This document shows, piece by piece, positions 39,095 to 48,597 of a DNA stretch of 64,000 nt; position 1 is the first letter of the stretch; every line of letters begins with the position of its first letter. Position numbers and translations under genes: made by a program. The stretch is from Candidatus Babelota bacterium (GTDB taxonomy: Bacteria; Babelota; Babeliae; Babelales; Vermiphilaceae): assembly GCA_049325595.1 (NCBI GenBank), contig JBMOLF010000009.1, positions 27,137 to 91,136 on the forward strand. The letters are read 5' to 3'. The notes beneath the pieces are model-generated. The model made no database searches. It was not told the origin of the DNA and saw nothing but the letters and a program-made list of their open reading frames with translations.

Positions 39095-40918
39095 ATGCCT
39101 CGCATAAAACAACTCCCGTTAGATGAAGCACAAAAAATAGCTGCCGGCGAAGTCGTAGACAGACCAGCCAATGTAGTAAAAGAACTAATAGAAAATGCAA
39201 TTGATGCTGGCGCAACACAAATCATGCTCCATATTGTTGATGGCGGTAAAGAGCTTATTCGGGTTGTTGATAATGGATGTGGCATGTCTTTGCAAGATGC
39301 GCGACTATGTTTTTTGCACCATGCAACCAGTAAAATCACCAGTGTTCATGATTTACCTAACTTAGCCACATTTGGCTTTAGAGGGGAAGCGCTTTCAAGC
39401 ATTAGTGCCGTAAGCAAAGTAACGCTGGTTACCAAAGAAGATGGTATTGAAGGAACGCAATTAGTTCTTGAAGCAGGTGTTATAACTGATGAATCAGTTG
39501 TTCCTTGTGTACAGGGAACCGATATTACCGTAGAAAATTTATTTTATAATGTACCGGCGCGTAAAAAATTTTTAAAAACACGTGATACTGAGTGGCGTCA
39601 AATTGTTAATTTGTTTCATGCATTTGTTTTAGATTACCAATCGATTCATTTTAAAATGTTTTCTGAAGGTGCAGAACTTTATAACTGCCCACCAGTATTG
39701 AATTTGTCAGAACGATTTATGCAGTTGTGGGACTCTTCTTTGCATAGTCAATTAATATCTATCGAGCAGGAAAACGCCGATTACCAAGTGCGTGTACATG
39801 GTGTAATTACCAATCACCAGTATTATAGATATGACAGATCATGCATGTTTTTCTTTGTGAATAATCGTTGGGTAAAAAACCAAGCGCTGAGCAAGGCGGT
39901 AATGAAGGGCTATCTTAATGTTATTCCTGCAGATCGATTTCCGGCCACAGCTTTATTTATTTCTATTGATTCTCATCAGGTTGATATTAATATTCACCCA
40001 AGAAAAGAAGAAGTTCAGTTTTTACATCCCCGTGCCGTAGAAACTTTAATTACTCAAGCTGTAAAACAAGCGCTTGAAAATAATTTATCAGCGCAAATTG
40101 GTAAAAAAGTTTCTTTTTTTCAAGATAAGCACGCATGGGTGAATGCTCCTGCTCCTACTTTAGCGCGTACTAATCTTTTTGTTCCGGAAATGGCAACTCC
40201 TTTTATTGTGCAACCAGTCGTACAGCAATTGAGCCAAGAAGTGGTGGCGCCGCCATCTACCAGCTTTAAGCAAGAAGAAGTGCAACACACTATTGCGCAA
40301 TCGACAGCTCACGATGTAGGCACTGAGGTAGTTTTGCCGCATTTTACTATTATAGGGCAGTTTAATAAAACCTATATTTTAATTGAGCAGGAAGATGGTC
40401 TGTTCTTAGTTGATCAGCACGCTGCCCATGAGCGTATTTTATACGAACAGTTTGCAAATCGTTTTGAAAATAACCAACCAGTTTCTTTGTTGTTTCCTAT
40501 TACAATTGCCCTCCAGCAAGATGATTTACAATTATTAGAAGCACATTTTTATCTCTTTAAAGAAAATGGCATTGTATGGGAACAAATTAGCGCGCATCAA
40601 ATTGCAATTGTAGCAGTTCCTGTTTTTGCGAAAGAGATATCGTTTGATGAGTTAGTGCATCAAGCAATTGGATGGCTTAAAGAATACAAGGCAATTGAGC
40701 ATGATCGTTTTGAAAAATTAATTAATGAAAAATTGCGCGCTCAAATGGCATGCAAGGCTGCTGTAAAAGCTGGAGATACACTAACTCACGCTCAAATGGA
40801 ACAACTGCTTGCCGATCTTATTAAAACGCCACAACGTTTTACCTGCCCCCATGGCAGGCCCACTGGATGGTTATTATCACTTAATGAAATAGAGCGCAAG
40901 TTTAAGCGTAAATTATAA
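39095..40918 (+). CDS. mutL: DNA mismatch repair protein MutL
   Basis: IAAGEVVDRPANVVKELIENAIDAGA, GFRGEAL, DQHAAHERI, CPHGRP. Confidence 0.98.
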   Translation: MPRIKQLPLDEAQKIAAGEVVDRPANVVKELIENAIDAGATQIMLHIVDGGKELIRVVDNGCGMSLQDARLCFLHHATSKITSVHDLPNLATFGFRGEALSSISAVSKVTLVTKEDGIEGTQLVLEAGVITDESVVPCVQGTDITVENLFYNVPARKKFLKTRDTEWRQIVNLFHAFVLDYQSIHFKMFSEGAELYNCPPVLNLSERFMQLWDSSLHSQLISIEQENADYQVRVHGVITNHQYYRYDRSCMFFFVNNRWVKNQALSKAVMKGYLNVIPADRFPATALFISIDSHQVDINIHPRKEEVQFLHPRAVETLITQAVKQALENNLSAQIGKKVSFFQDKHAWVNAPAPTLARTNLFVPEMATPFIVQPVVQQLSQEVVAPPSTSFKQEEVQHTIAQSTAHDVGTEVVLPHFTIIGQFNKTYILIEQEDGLFLVDQHAAHERILYEQFANRFENNQPVSLLFPITIALQQDDLQLLEAHFYLFKENGIVWEQISAHQIAIVAVPVFAKEISFDELVHQAIGWLKEYKAIEHDRFEKLINEKLRAQMACKAAVKAGDTLTHAQMEQLLADLIKTPQRFTCPHGRPTGWLLSLNEIERKFKRKL

Positions 40919-40992
40919 TTTCTAATTGTTTGACAAAAAAATGAAGCAGTGCCATACTGGCGCAAATTTTTTATTAAAAAAAGAGGCAAACA

Positions 40993-42237
40993 ATGAAGAT
41001 AAGTAATTTATATAGATTGTTGTTATGCACGACCATTTCATTATTAGCAAGTGAGCAACAACCTTGGATGAATTGGGCGGGCAATCAAAAATGTTGTCCT
41101 CAATTGAATATCGCGCCTAGCACTCTTAAAGATTTACAGACCTCTCTCCATTTTGCACAACAAAATAAATTGCAGATACGTGCTGTTGGTAAGGGATACT
41201 CGCGGAGTGATATAGCAACTACAAATGATTGCATGATCAGTATTCAAAATTTAAATAAAATTATTGAAATAGATTCCATAAATAAAAGAGTAAAAGTAGA
41301 ATCTGGCATTGAATTAAAAGAATTGAGCGAAAAACTTGCTGAACAGGGTCTTTCGCTCTCAAATTTGCCCGCTACATCAGTAACATTAGGAGGTGCAGTG
41401 TCAACCGCAGTGCATGGTACAGGGAAAACTGGATCCCTCTCAAGTTTTATTACTGAAATAGAAATGCTTACTGCTGATGGTTCTGTAAAAAAACTTTCAA
41501 AAGAACAAAATCCAGAATTGTTTGCAGCAGCTCGAGTAAGCATGGGAGCATTAGGAATTATTTATTCGCTTACCCTACAGTGCGAGTCATTGTTTGATAT
41601 ACAGCCACAAGAAGTTACCTATAGTTTTGAGGAAGTAATAAAAAATTACAAAAAACTATACGAAAACAATGATTATTTTCAATTTATTTGGCACATTGAC
41701 AATAATATGGCGATAACGCACTTGTGGAACAAGATTGACCATTCTTTAAGTAAAGATCTTGCTACAACACGCCCCAGCCATGAAACGCTACTATGGTTTT
41801 CAGAAGTGGGTGTAGAAAAAGATTTAGCATCAGAATATGCTATTCCCTTTGAAAATTTAGAAAAAGCTCTGCAAAAAGTTAAAGTTATTTACGAGCAGTA
41901 TAAAGATAAGGGATTTAAAACAGCTCCAGTGGTTGTGCGGTTTGCACAAGGAGATAAAGATATATTAATGAGTCCTTGTGGTGATCGCAAAGTTGCATAC
42001 GTTAATATCTGGTCTCCTGTTGATGATTCTTATTTGCCATTATTGCGTACCATGGATGAAGCACTTTGTGAGTTAGGTGGTAGGCCACATTGGGGAAAAA
42101 TTAATTTTCTTGATTATGAAAAAGCTTCGCAAATGTATGGCTCTAAATTAACAAAATTTATTGCAGCAAAGAAAAAGCTTGATCCTGATAATCTATTTTC
42201 TAATGATTTTGTAAATCGCCTTTATAATCTTAAATAA
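40993..42237 (+). CDS. FAD-linked aldonolactone oxidase family (ALO/GULO-like) with signal peptide
   Basis: WMNWAG, RAVGKGYS, GGAVSTAVHGTG, VSMGALGII, GRPHWGK, LDPDNLFSN. Confidence 0.85.
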   Translation: MKISNLYRLLLCTTISLLASEQQPWMNWAGNQKCCPQLNIAPSTLKDLQTSLHFAQQNKLQIRAVGKGYSRSDIATTNDCMISIQNLNKIIEIDSINKRVKVESGIELKELSEKLAEQGLSLSNLPATSVTLGGAVSTAVHGTGKTGSLSSFITEIEMLTADGSVKKLSKEQNPELFAAARVSMGALGIIYSLTLQCESLFDIQPQEVTYSFEEVIKNYKKLYENNDYFQFIWHIDNNMAITHLWNKIDHSLSKDLATTRPSHETLLWFSEVGVEKDLASEYAIPFENLEKALQKVKVIYEQYKDKGFKTAPVVVRFAQGDKDILMSPCGDRKVAYVNIWSPVDDSYLPLLRTMDEALCELGGRPHWGKINFLDYEKASQMYGSKLTKFIAAKKKLDPDNLFSNDFVNRLYNLK

Positions 42238-42602
42238 TGAAATCTATGAAAATAATTTTGTTGCTTATCTTTTTTATCTCGAACTTGTTTTTTGCTATGG
42301 AATCAAAAAAGCAACTTGACCAGTTGGATTTTGAACTGCAAAGAAGAGTAGATACTTATCTGATAAAACTAACTAGTCAATGTGAAAAACATCAACAAGA
42401 GTGCAACTACCATGCGGCAACTTTTTGTCGCCATGATGTCGCCTTAATCAAAGGAGCAATTACTGATTTGCTTGGGAAAAAACATCCAAATGCGCAAAGT
42501 ACTTTTTATGCTACCGGATTTAAAAGAGGAAAATTAGCGCACCATATTGGAGCAAAAGAACTGCAAAAAAAATATGAATTACTTGCTAACAATTGGAATT
42601 GA
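42237..42602 (+). CDS. Small exported helical protein (paralog A)
   Basis: Signal ending FFA; similar to the next gene. Confidence 0.7.
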   Translation: MKSMKIILLLIFFISNLFFAMESKKQLDQLDFELQRRVDTYLIKLTSQCEKHQQECNYHAATFCRHDVALIKGAITDLLGKKHPNAQSTFYATGFKRGKLAHHIGAKELQKKYELLANNWN

Positions 42603-42612
42603 TTAAAGTTAT

Positions 42613-42984
42613 ATGAAATATTTTTTGTTTTTATTATTCTCTGTTTCAATGATTAAGGGTATGAGCAACTTAGATTGCTTGCAAAAATTGGATGAACAAT
42701 TGCAAAAAAATGTTGAGAATTATATTAAGCAATTAGATCAAGATATAGAACTCTTCAAGCAAGAATCTGCTTATATGCCTGACGCCCAAGATGAATTAGT
42801 AAAGGCCGAACGCTATAAAAAGCGAATTGTTATTGCCTTCAATGGTTTATTGGCTACAAAGCATCCTCAAGCTTGTGTGCATTTTTTGTGTGACAAGATA
42901 ACAAGAAGACGCTTTGCAGGCTTTTATTTAGAGTTGTCGAGTCTAAGTAGGCAATATGCACTACTTGAAAGAAGATGGAAATGA
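42613..42984 (+). CDS. Small exported helical protein (paralog B)
   Basis: Signal-like N-terminus; shares LD.(E/Q)LQ..V..Y, LL..KHP.A, Y.LL...W with the previous gene. Confidence 0.7.
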   Translation: MKYFLFLLFSVSMIKGMSNLDCLQKLDEQLQKNVENYIKQLDQDIELFKQESAYMPDAQDELVKAERYKKRIVIAFNGLLATKHPQACVHFLCDKITRRRFAGFYLELSSLSRQYALLERRWK

Positions 42985-43101
42985 AAGCCTTGCCACTTTT
43001 TGAATAAAACAAATTGTGTAACTTCTAGATTTTCACTAATAAGATTTATTACGTTGTTCCATAAAGATAGTTAAAAACTTAAAAAAAAGGGAGCAATAAT
43101 A

Positions 43102-43308
43102 ATGGCTTTTAGTGTAAAATCGAAAAAAAGTGGTAAAACATACTATTTACATACTAAAGAAGTAAAACTTGCCGGTGATAGAAAGCAAAAGATTTTTTAT
43201 TTTGCTGGAGAGCAAGGCAAGGGGTCATTAGATGCGTTGCCAGCAGGGTATGAAGTTATTGAAAATGAACGCACTGGCTTGCCAATGTTACGTAAAAAGA
43301 AAAAATAA
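43102..43308 (+). CDS. Small basic protein of unknown function
   Basis: GGGAG RBS; KSGKTYYLH...IFYFA...LPAGYEVIENERTGLPMLRKKKK; own terminator. Confidence 0.8.
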   Translation: MAFSVKSKKSGKTYYLHTKEVKLAGDRKQKIFYFAGEQGKGSLDALPAGYEVIENERTGLPMLRKKKK

Positions 43309-43311
43309 AAT

Positions 43312-43337
43312 AGGGCACCAAACAAGGTGCCTCTTTT
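43312..43337 (+). terminator. Intrinsic terminator
   Basis: GGCACC-aaacaa-GGTGCC followed by TCTTTT. Confidence 0.7.
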
Positions 43338-43339
43338 GC

Positions 43340-43681
43340 TTATTGCTTATATTTTTTATGGGTAAAACTTCCCAATTGATAGGTAGCAGCTCCCAAAGCT
43401 GCTAACGTAGCAACGTCTATTACTGCCAATTGGCCTTGTTGAGCGTGTGCGAGTAAGTTATCCCAGCTGTGGCAGGTGGTTAATGCAGCAATTAGGCTCA
43501 CGCCACCCCAAACACAAACGTCAATACCTTTTTGAATTTTTTTGTTCTGATGTTCGGTTAACTCTGCTTCAAAAGTGTTCTTTTTCTCAGAAGGAATAAT
43601 AAAAAGGCTTACTGAGTGAGGCAGGTTGCCATGTAAGGATATACTAGTCACTAACATTAGTATTAAAGATGCTATTTTCAT
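43340..43681 (-). CDS. Hypothetical membrane/exported protein
   Basis: Signal plus two hydrophobic segments. Confidence 0.55.
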   Translation of the reverse strand: MKIASLILMLVTSISLHGNLPHSVSLFIIPSEKKNTFEAELTEHQNKKIQKGIDVCVWGGVSLIAALTTCHSWDNLLAHAQQGQLAVIDVATLAALGAATYQLGSFTHKKYKQ

Positions 43682-43831
43682 GGTAATAAAATTTCCTATA
43701 TTGTTTTTTTGTAAATAAATTACAATTTGCTGTAAATACTCTATTCTTTTATAATATATAATATACTCACAATACAGTGCCCGTCAAACCCAGATAAACT
43801 CTTACCTTTTTTATTATACTATGAGGTTCAT

Positions 43832-44983
43832 ATGGAACCATTAGCATCAAAAATTCGTCCTAAAAACCTAGATGGATATATTGGTCAAACTCACTTAGTT
43901 GGCCACGGTAAGCCATTACGGGTTGCCATTGAAAAAAAACATATTTTTAGCTTTATCTTGTGGGGGCCGCCCGGGGTTGGCAAAACAACTTTGGCTCGCA
44001 TTTATGCACAGGAAATTGGCGCAGAATACCACGAACTTTCTACCGTTTCTGCCGGCAAAGAAGATATAAAGAAAATTATAGTAACCAAGCCGGTTTTAGA
44101 GATTGAGTCACGGCCTAAGATCTTATTTTTAGATGAAATTCATCGGTTTAACAAAGCACAACAAGATTTTTTATTGCCTTACGTAGAATCTGGTCAATTA
44201 ACGTTGATCGGTGCAACCACCGAAAACCCCAGCTTTGAAGTGATACCGGCTTTACTATCACGTTGTCGAGTATTTGTTCTTAAAGAATTAGCACATGATA
44301 AAATCAAACAAATTATCAATAGCATAGGTTATGTTATTGATCAAGAAGCACAAGATTGGCTTGCGCGTATGGCCAATGGTGATGCTCGTCAAGCTATTGC
44401 CATGATTGAAAATACTGCAAAACTTTATAAAGAAATTACGGTAGAAAATTTGCAAAATACCTTGCAAAGTAGTTACTTGCGCTATGATAAAAAAGCTGAA
44501 GAGCATTACAATACCATTTCGGCATTTATCAAATCTATGCGCGCCTCACAGCCAGATGCAGCGCTTTACTATCTTGCACGAATGGTTGAAGCGGGAGAAG
44601 ATCCAAAATTCATAGCCCGACGTATGGTAATATTTGCCTCTGAGGATATTGGCCTTGCTGATTCAGATGCATTAACCATAGCAAATAATGTGTTTCGTGC
44701 GGTAGAAACTATTGGTTATCCTGAGTGTGCAATAAATTTAGCTCATGGTGTTTGCTATTTGGCTCTTGCTCCTAAAAGCAAGCATTCATACAATGCATAC
44801 TTTGAAGCAGTAGACGATGTAAAGGCCTTTGGCAATTTGCCAGTGCCCTTACAAATACGAAATGCACCAACAAATTTCATGAAAGAACTCGGTTATGGCA
44901 AAGGATATGAGAAATATACTACCGATAGTTTATTGCCTGAAAAACTGAAAAATAAGAAATATTTACGAAAAGACAATGCATAG
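43832..44983 (+). CDS. rarA: Replication-associated recombination protein RarA/MgsA
   Basis: PLASKIRP, GPPGVGKTT, LDEIHRFNKAQQD, GATTENP, SAFIKSMR, ASEDIG. Confidence 0.96.
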   Translation: MEPLASKIRPKNLDGYIGQTHLVGHGKPLRVAIEKKHIFSFILWGPPGVGKTTLARIYAQEIGAEYHELSTVSAGKEDIKKIIVTKPVLEIESRPKILFLDEIHRFNKAQQDFLLPYVESGQLTLIGATTENPSFEVIPALLSRCRVFVLKELAHDKIKQIINSIGYVIDQEAQDWLARMANGDARQAIAMIENTAKLYKEITVENLQNTLQSSYLRYDKKAEEHYNTISAFIKSMRASQPDAALYYLARMVEAGEDPKFIARRMVIFASEDIGLADSDALTIANNVFRAVETIGYPECAINLAHGVCYLALAPKSKHSYNAYFEAVDDVKAFGNLPVPLQIRNAPTNFMKELGYGKGYEKYTTDSLLPEKLKNKKYLRKDNA

Positions 44984-45081
44984 AGGTAATCAGAAAATCT
45001 AGCATTAGTTAATAAAGCTAGATTTTAATTTCGTAAGCATATTATTTTATTGAAAGAAAATAAGTTTTTAAAAGGAATAAG

Positions 45082-45804
45082 ATGAAGCAGAAAATAATCG
45101 CATTTTTGTTAGGTTGTATTGTGTATCAATTGCATGCAACATCCTTATCCGAGCTCGCACACGAAACTGACAAAGGTCCAAGCGGTCACAATTATACCGC
45201 TGTTTATGAAAAATATTTCACTGATTTGCGCCATAAGTCTATTAAATTTTTAGAAATAGGATTTTTAATAGGGGGTTCTGCGCGCATGTGGGATAAATAT
45301 TTTACGGATGCTGAATTATATTTTATGGATATATCGGAAGAATTATTTGAAAAATATAGTTATGGTCTATCTAAACGTTGCCATTTCTACGTTGTAGACC
45401 AAAGCAATACCGCTGAATTGAGTCAATTTATTAAAACAGTTGGTGGCGATTTTGATATTATCATTGATGATGGCGGACATCATATGCACCAGCAAATTAC
45501 GAGCTTTAAAACACTGTTTCCTTTTCTTAAAAGTGGCGGTCTTTATGTAATTGAAGATTTGCATACCTCATATTGGCAACGCTTTGGTGGTGCAGGAGAA
45601 ATTGGCGCACCAAATGCTGATGGTCAAACAACTATTCGTTTTTTGCAATCGCTTGTTGATGAAGTAGGATATATAGGTGCCTACACTGGATATGCTGATG
45701 CAGGTAAATGTCCGGCTGAGGTATATGAAAAATTAACCTATTACCAAAAACATATACAATCAATTCATTTTTATGGAAGTATCTGTTTTATTCTCAAGCG
45801 TTAA
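45082..45804 (+). CDS. Class I SAM-dependent sugar O-methyltransferase (MycE/Rmt-like) with signal peptide
   Basis: TDK...HNY...FLEIGF...MWDKYF...FDIIIDDGGH...GLYVIEDLHTSYW. Confidence 0.82.
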   Translation: MKQKIIAFLLGCIVYQLHATSLSELAHETDKGPSGHNYTAVYEKYFTDLRHKSIKFLEIGFLIGGSARMWDKYFTDAELYFMDISEELFEKYSYGLSKRCHFYVVDQSNTAELSQFIKTVGGDFDIIIDDGGHHMHQQITSFKTLFPFLKSGGLYVIEDLHTSYWQRFGGAGEIGAPNADGQTTIRFLQSLVDEVGYIGAYTGYADAGKCPAEVYEKLTYYQKHIQSIHFYGSICFILKR

Positions 45805-46736
45805 TTTTTGCTGACTTGTAATTGATTGATAATTTTTAGTAAGCATTCAATGGATGCATAGTCACTCATATTTTTTAATACCCAATCTCGCGGTGAAAAA
45901 ATAAATTTATTATTTTGATATGCTTGTATCAGCTTTTCAAGTTGAGAAGTCGTCTTCCAATCTCTACCTTGCATATCAGTTAAAAAGGGGCAGGATGATA
46001 CAGGATTATAATGTTTACCGGCATAAAAAAATTCACCAGGATTCCATACGAAAGTTGGTACATTCATTGCCCAAGCTTCTGCTAGGGCAATGCCTTGCGA
46101 TTCTGAGCGACTAACAAAAATTGCAAATTCGCATTCATTAAGTTCGGATTTAAATTGTTCTTGAGAGTAGGCGCCATAAGTAATGCGTGTTGTCATGTAT
46201 CCTTTAGCTTGCACCATGTCTTCAATTGATTTGCAAAAAGATTCTGATTCTGTTTTCCAGTAAATAAGCGCCTTTTTTTGTTTAGGTGCTAAATTAGGTT
46301 GCCAATAATGAATGTCTACTCCTGAAGGCCATATGCTAATATGATCTGCAAGACTTGGTTCATCTTCAATATAAGCAATTTTTGTCCATTCTGAAGGTAC
46401 TAAATAGTGATCGAGTTCAGGTGAGGCTAATAAATGGTTGTAATCGCAAGATCGAATCATTAAATTTGGGCCCGCTAACAATAATTTAATATGTCCTAAC
46501 TTTTTTAAATGGACGCCATATCTAAATTTATCTAATCCATCAATTACCAATACTACTGGATAGACATCCTCTGCTCGAACAGGATTTATATTGTAAGTTA
46601 TTTTATGCTGTTGTAATCCATTTTGTAGGCTGCGGAACACTCCTTTATGAGGATCTTGTGTTAAAATAGTTAGCTCAACACAAAATCCTATATTAGTGCC
46701 TAACAAAATAAGGAAAAATAGTACTATAAAAATCAT
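45801..46736 (-). CDS. GT-B (GT4-like) glycosyltransferase with signal peptide
   Basis: VPSEW, SGVDIHYW, SRSESQGIALAEAWAMNVP (E-x7-E). Confidence 0.8.
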   Translation of the reverse strand: MIFIVLFFLILLGTNIGFCVELTILTQDPHKGVFRSLQNGLQQHKITYNINPVRAEDVYPVVLVIDGLDKFRYGVHLKKLGHIKLLLAGPNLMIRSCDYNHLLASPELDHYLVPSEWTKIAYIEDEPSLADHISIWPSGVDIHYWQPNLAPKQKKALIYWKTESESFCKSIEDMVQAKGYMTTRITYGAYSQEQFKSELNECEFAIFVSRSESQGIALAEAWAMNVPTFVWNPGEFFYAGKHYNPVSSCPFLTDMQGRDWKTTSQLEKLIQAYQNNKFIFSPRDWVLKNMSDYASIECLLKIINQLQVSKN

Positions 46737-47671
46737 TCTTGTTGGTTTCCTTTAATTGATTGTGTCATTCGTTTAAATACGTTTACTATTGATTCTTGTA
46801 TAGAGGGAATATGTGGAAATTCTTTCAGTAATTTAGAGCAATCCAAACAATTGTTGGAGCGTTTTGCCTTTAAAATTTGTGCTTGCTCATTGAGTGTAAA
46901 GTTTTCATAGGTAAAAGATGGATCAATGTATTTTTTATAAAGATCTAAGATTTGATTGTGCGAGATTACACCTGGATTAGTAAAATTATAATTACCTGTC
47001 AATTTGCGTTCAATCATTTGAGGGATTAGCGGTAATAAATCAGTAAGAACACTCATAGAGTTGGGTATATTGATTACCTTTTGATAACGGGTAATTTTAG
47101 TAATAAAATTTTTAGGATGCAAATCATCTGAGATTGGCATTCTAATACGGAGATTTAAAACATTTGGATAATTAAGCAATAGCCCATCTACCATAGCTTT
47201 GGTTTTTGAATAAAATGATCCACTAAAATTAGGAGTATCTTCTTCGGTATATCCTTTTAGATTTTCTAAATTATGATCTGCATCATATTCATAGATACAT
47301 CCAGTACCAAGATTAGTAAGGTGAATGTCTAATGTAGCGCAAATATCTGCCAAATTGAGTGTGCCAATAACATTAGTACGCAATGTTTCTTGTTTATGAT
47401 CTTCACACCAATCAACATTGGGTGTACCGGTTAGTCCCGCAGCACTTACAATTACATCAGGATTTATTTTTTTAATTTCGTTAATGATATCTGTTCTGTT
47501 TTCTAATCGAGATTCAGCGCAATGAACCTGATACCCGCTATTACTAAAAATAGGGATTAATTGTTGGCCAATCCAACCGGTTTTTCCACCGAACAATAAA
47601 ACTGTTTTAGCAAACATAGTATGAGACAAAATAATGGTGCTTATAAAAAGTGTTAATACTATTTTTTTCAT
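46733..47671 (-). CDS. NDP-4-keto-6-deoxyglucose 3,5-epimerase/4-reductase (UER1/NRS-ER type) with signal peptide
   Basis: GKTGWIG, GLTGTPNVDWCEDHKQET, GTGCIYEYD, SFYSKTK, LRIRMPIS, NFTNPGVISHN, RSNN. Confidence 0.9.
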   Translation of the reverse strand: MKKIVLTLFISTIILSHTMFAKTVLLFGGKTGWIGQQLIPIFSNSGYQVHCAESRLENRTDIINEIKKINPDVIVSAAGLTGTPNVDWCEDHKQETLRTNVIGTLNLADICATLDIHLTNLGTGCIYEYDADHNLENLKGYTEEDTPNFSGSFYSKTKAMVDGLLLNYPNVLNLRIRMPISDDLHPKNFITKITRYQKVINIPNSMSVLTDLLPLIPQMIERKLTGNYNFTNPGVISHNQILDLYKKYIDPSFTYENFTLNEQAQILKAKRSNNCLDCSKLLKEFPHIPSIQESIVNVFKRMTQSIKGNQQE

Positions 47672-47685
47672 GATGAAATCCATCG

Positions 47686-48585
47686 TTAATTTGCTAATAT
47701 ATCGTTAAAATAATTGTTAAAAATTGACATTTTTTGTCCATCTTGCTCATAAGATGAACCGCGATAATGTACAAAATTAAGATCTAAATAATATTCAAAG
47801 GTATCAGGACGGTTTAATAAGAATGCAATTTCTATATCAGTAAAACCATAATGCTCATAAAAACTTCTTTTTAGTTCATCTGAGATATGAACATCTGCTG
47901 GCTTGTTAATATGTCTGTCGCCAAGGAATAATTGATGACTAAAGGTCATATGAACAGGTATGATTTTAAGTTCTGGGTGTTCTTGCATATAATAATAAGA
48001 CCATGCACCCGTATCGCCCAATATGCCATTTATGGTTCCCGCATTAAAATTTAACGATTTTTTATCTGGTATTTTATTCATAGCAATCATACAAAAAAGT
48101 GGACTGCAATATTGAATTTTATTGCGTGGGCGATTTATGCGCCCGCTAATGTGTTTGTCAGCCATGTAATCTTCAATTGAAAAAGGTCGCACAAGTAAAC
48201 AATCTGAATCAATAATGAAAACCACCCCATCATGATCATAACCAATTACATCTAAGGAGTATTGCACGCAATTGCTATGACGGTAATTATTTTGTTGAAG
48301 GTTGTCACCTGGTAATCTCGGACAGTAAGGACGGGTATGTATTTCTTGTGGTATTTCAATGCAGCGAATATGATAACGATTACACATATCATAGATGTTT
48401 TGACGCATATGATCACTAGTCGCGTCATTAAAAACTACATATTCATAATCATCTTTTAAAAATTTTTTAAAAGTTTTGTGCTGAAGCTCAATAAAATCAG
48501 GGCGATTATAATTATGAGTAATTATTAAGACTTTTGCACTTAAAGCTGTTGATATAAACAACAATAGAGTTAATAAACGCTTCAT
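47686..48585 (-). CDS. Putative GT-A glycosyltransferase with signal peptide
   Basis: YNRPDFIELQ, YVVFND, IIDSD (DxD), GDTG, HYRGSS. Confidence 0.6.
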   Translation of the reverse strand: MKRLLTLLLFISTALSAKVLIITHNYNRPDFIELQHKTFKKFLKDDYEYVVFNDATSDHMRQNIYDMCNRYHIRCIEIPQEIHTRPYCPRLPGDNLQQNNYRHSNCVQYSLDVIGYDHDGVVFIIDSDCLLVRPFSIEDYMADKHISGRINRPRNKIQYCSPLFCMIAMNKIPDKKSLNFNAGTINGILGDTGAWSYYYMQEHPELKIIPVHMTFSHQLFLGDRHINKPADVHISDELKRSFYEHYGFTDIEIAFLLNRPDTFEYYLDLNFVHYRGSSYEQDGQKMSIFNNYFNDILAN

Positions 48586-48597
48586 AAATATCCTATT

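Noticed and set aside
38920..39339. 139-aa minus-strand ORF
   Set aside because: It is antisense to the conserved mutL N-terminus.
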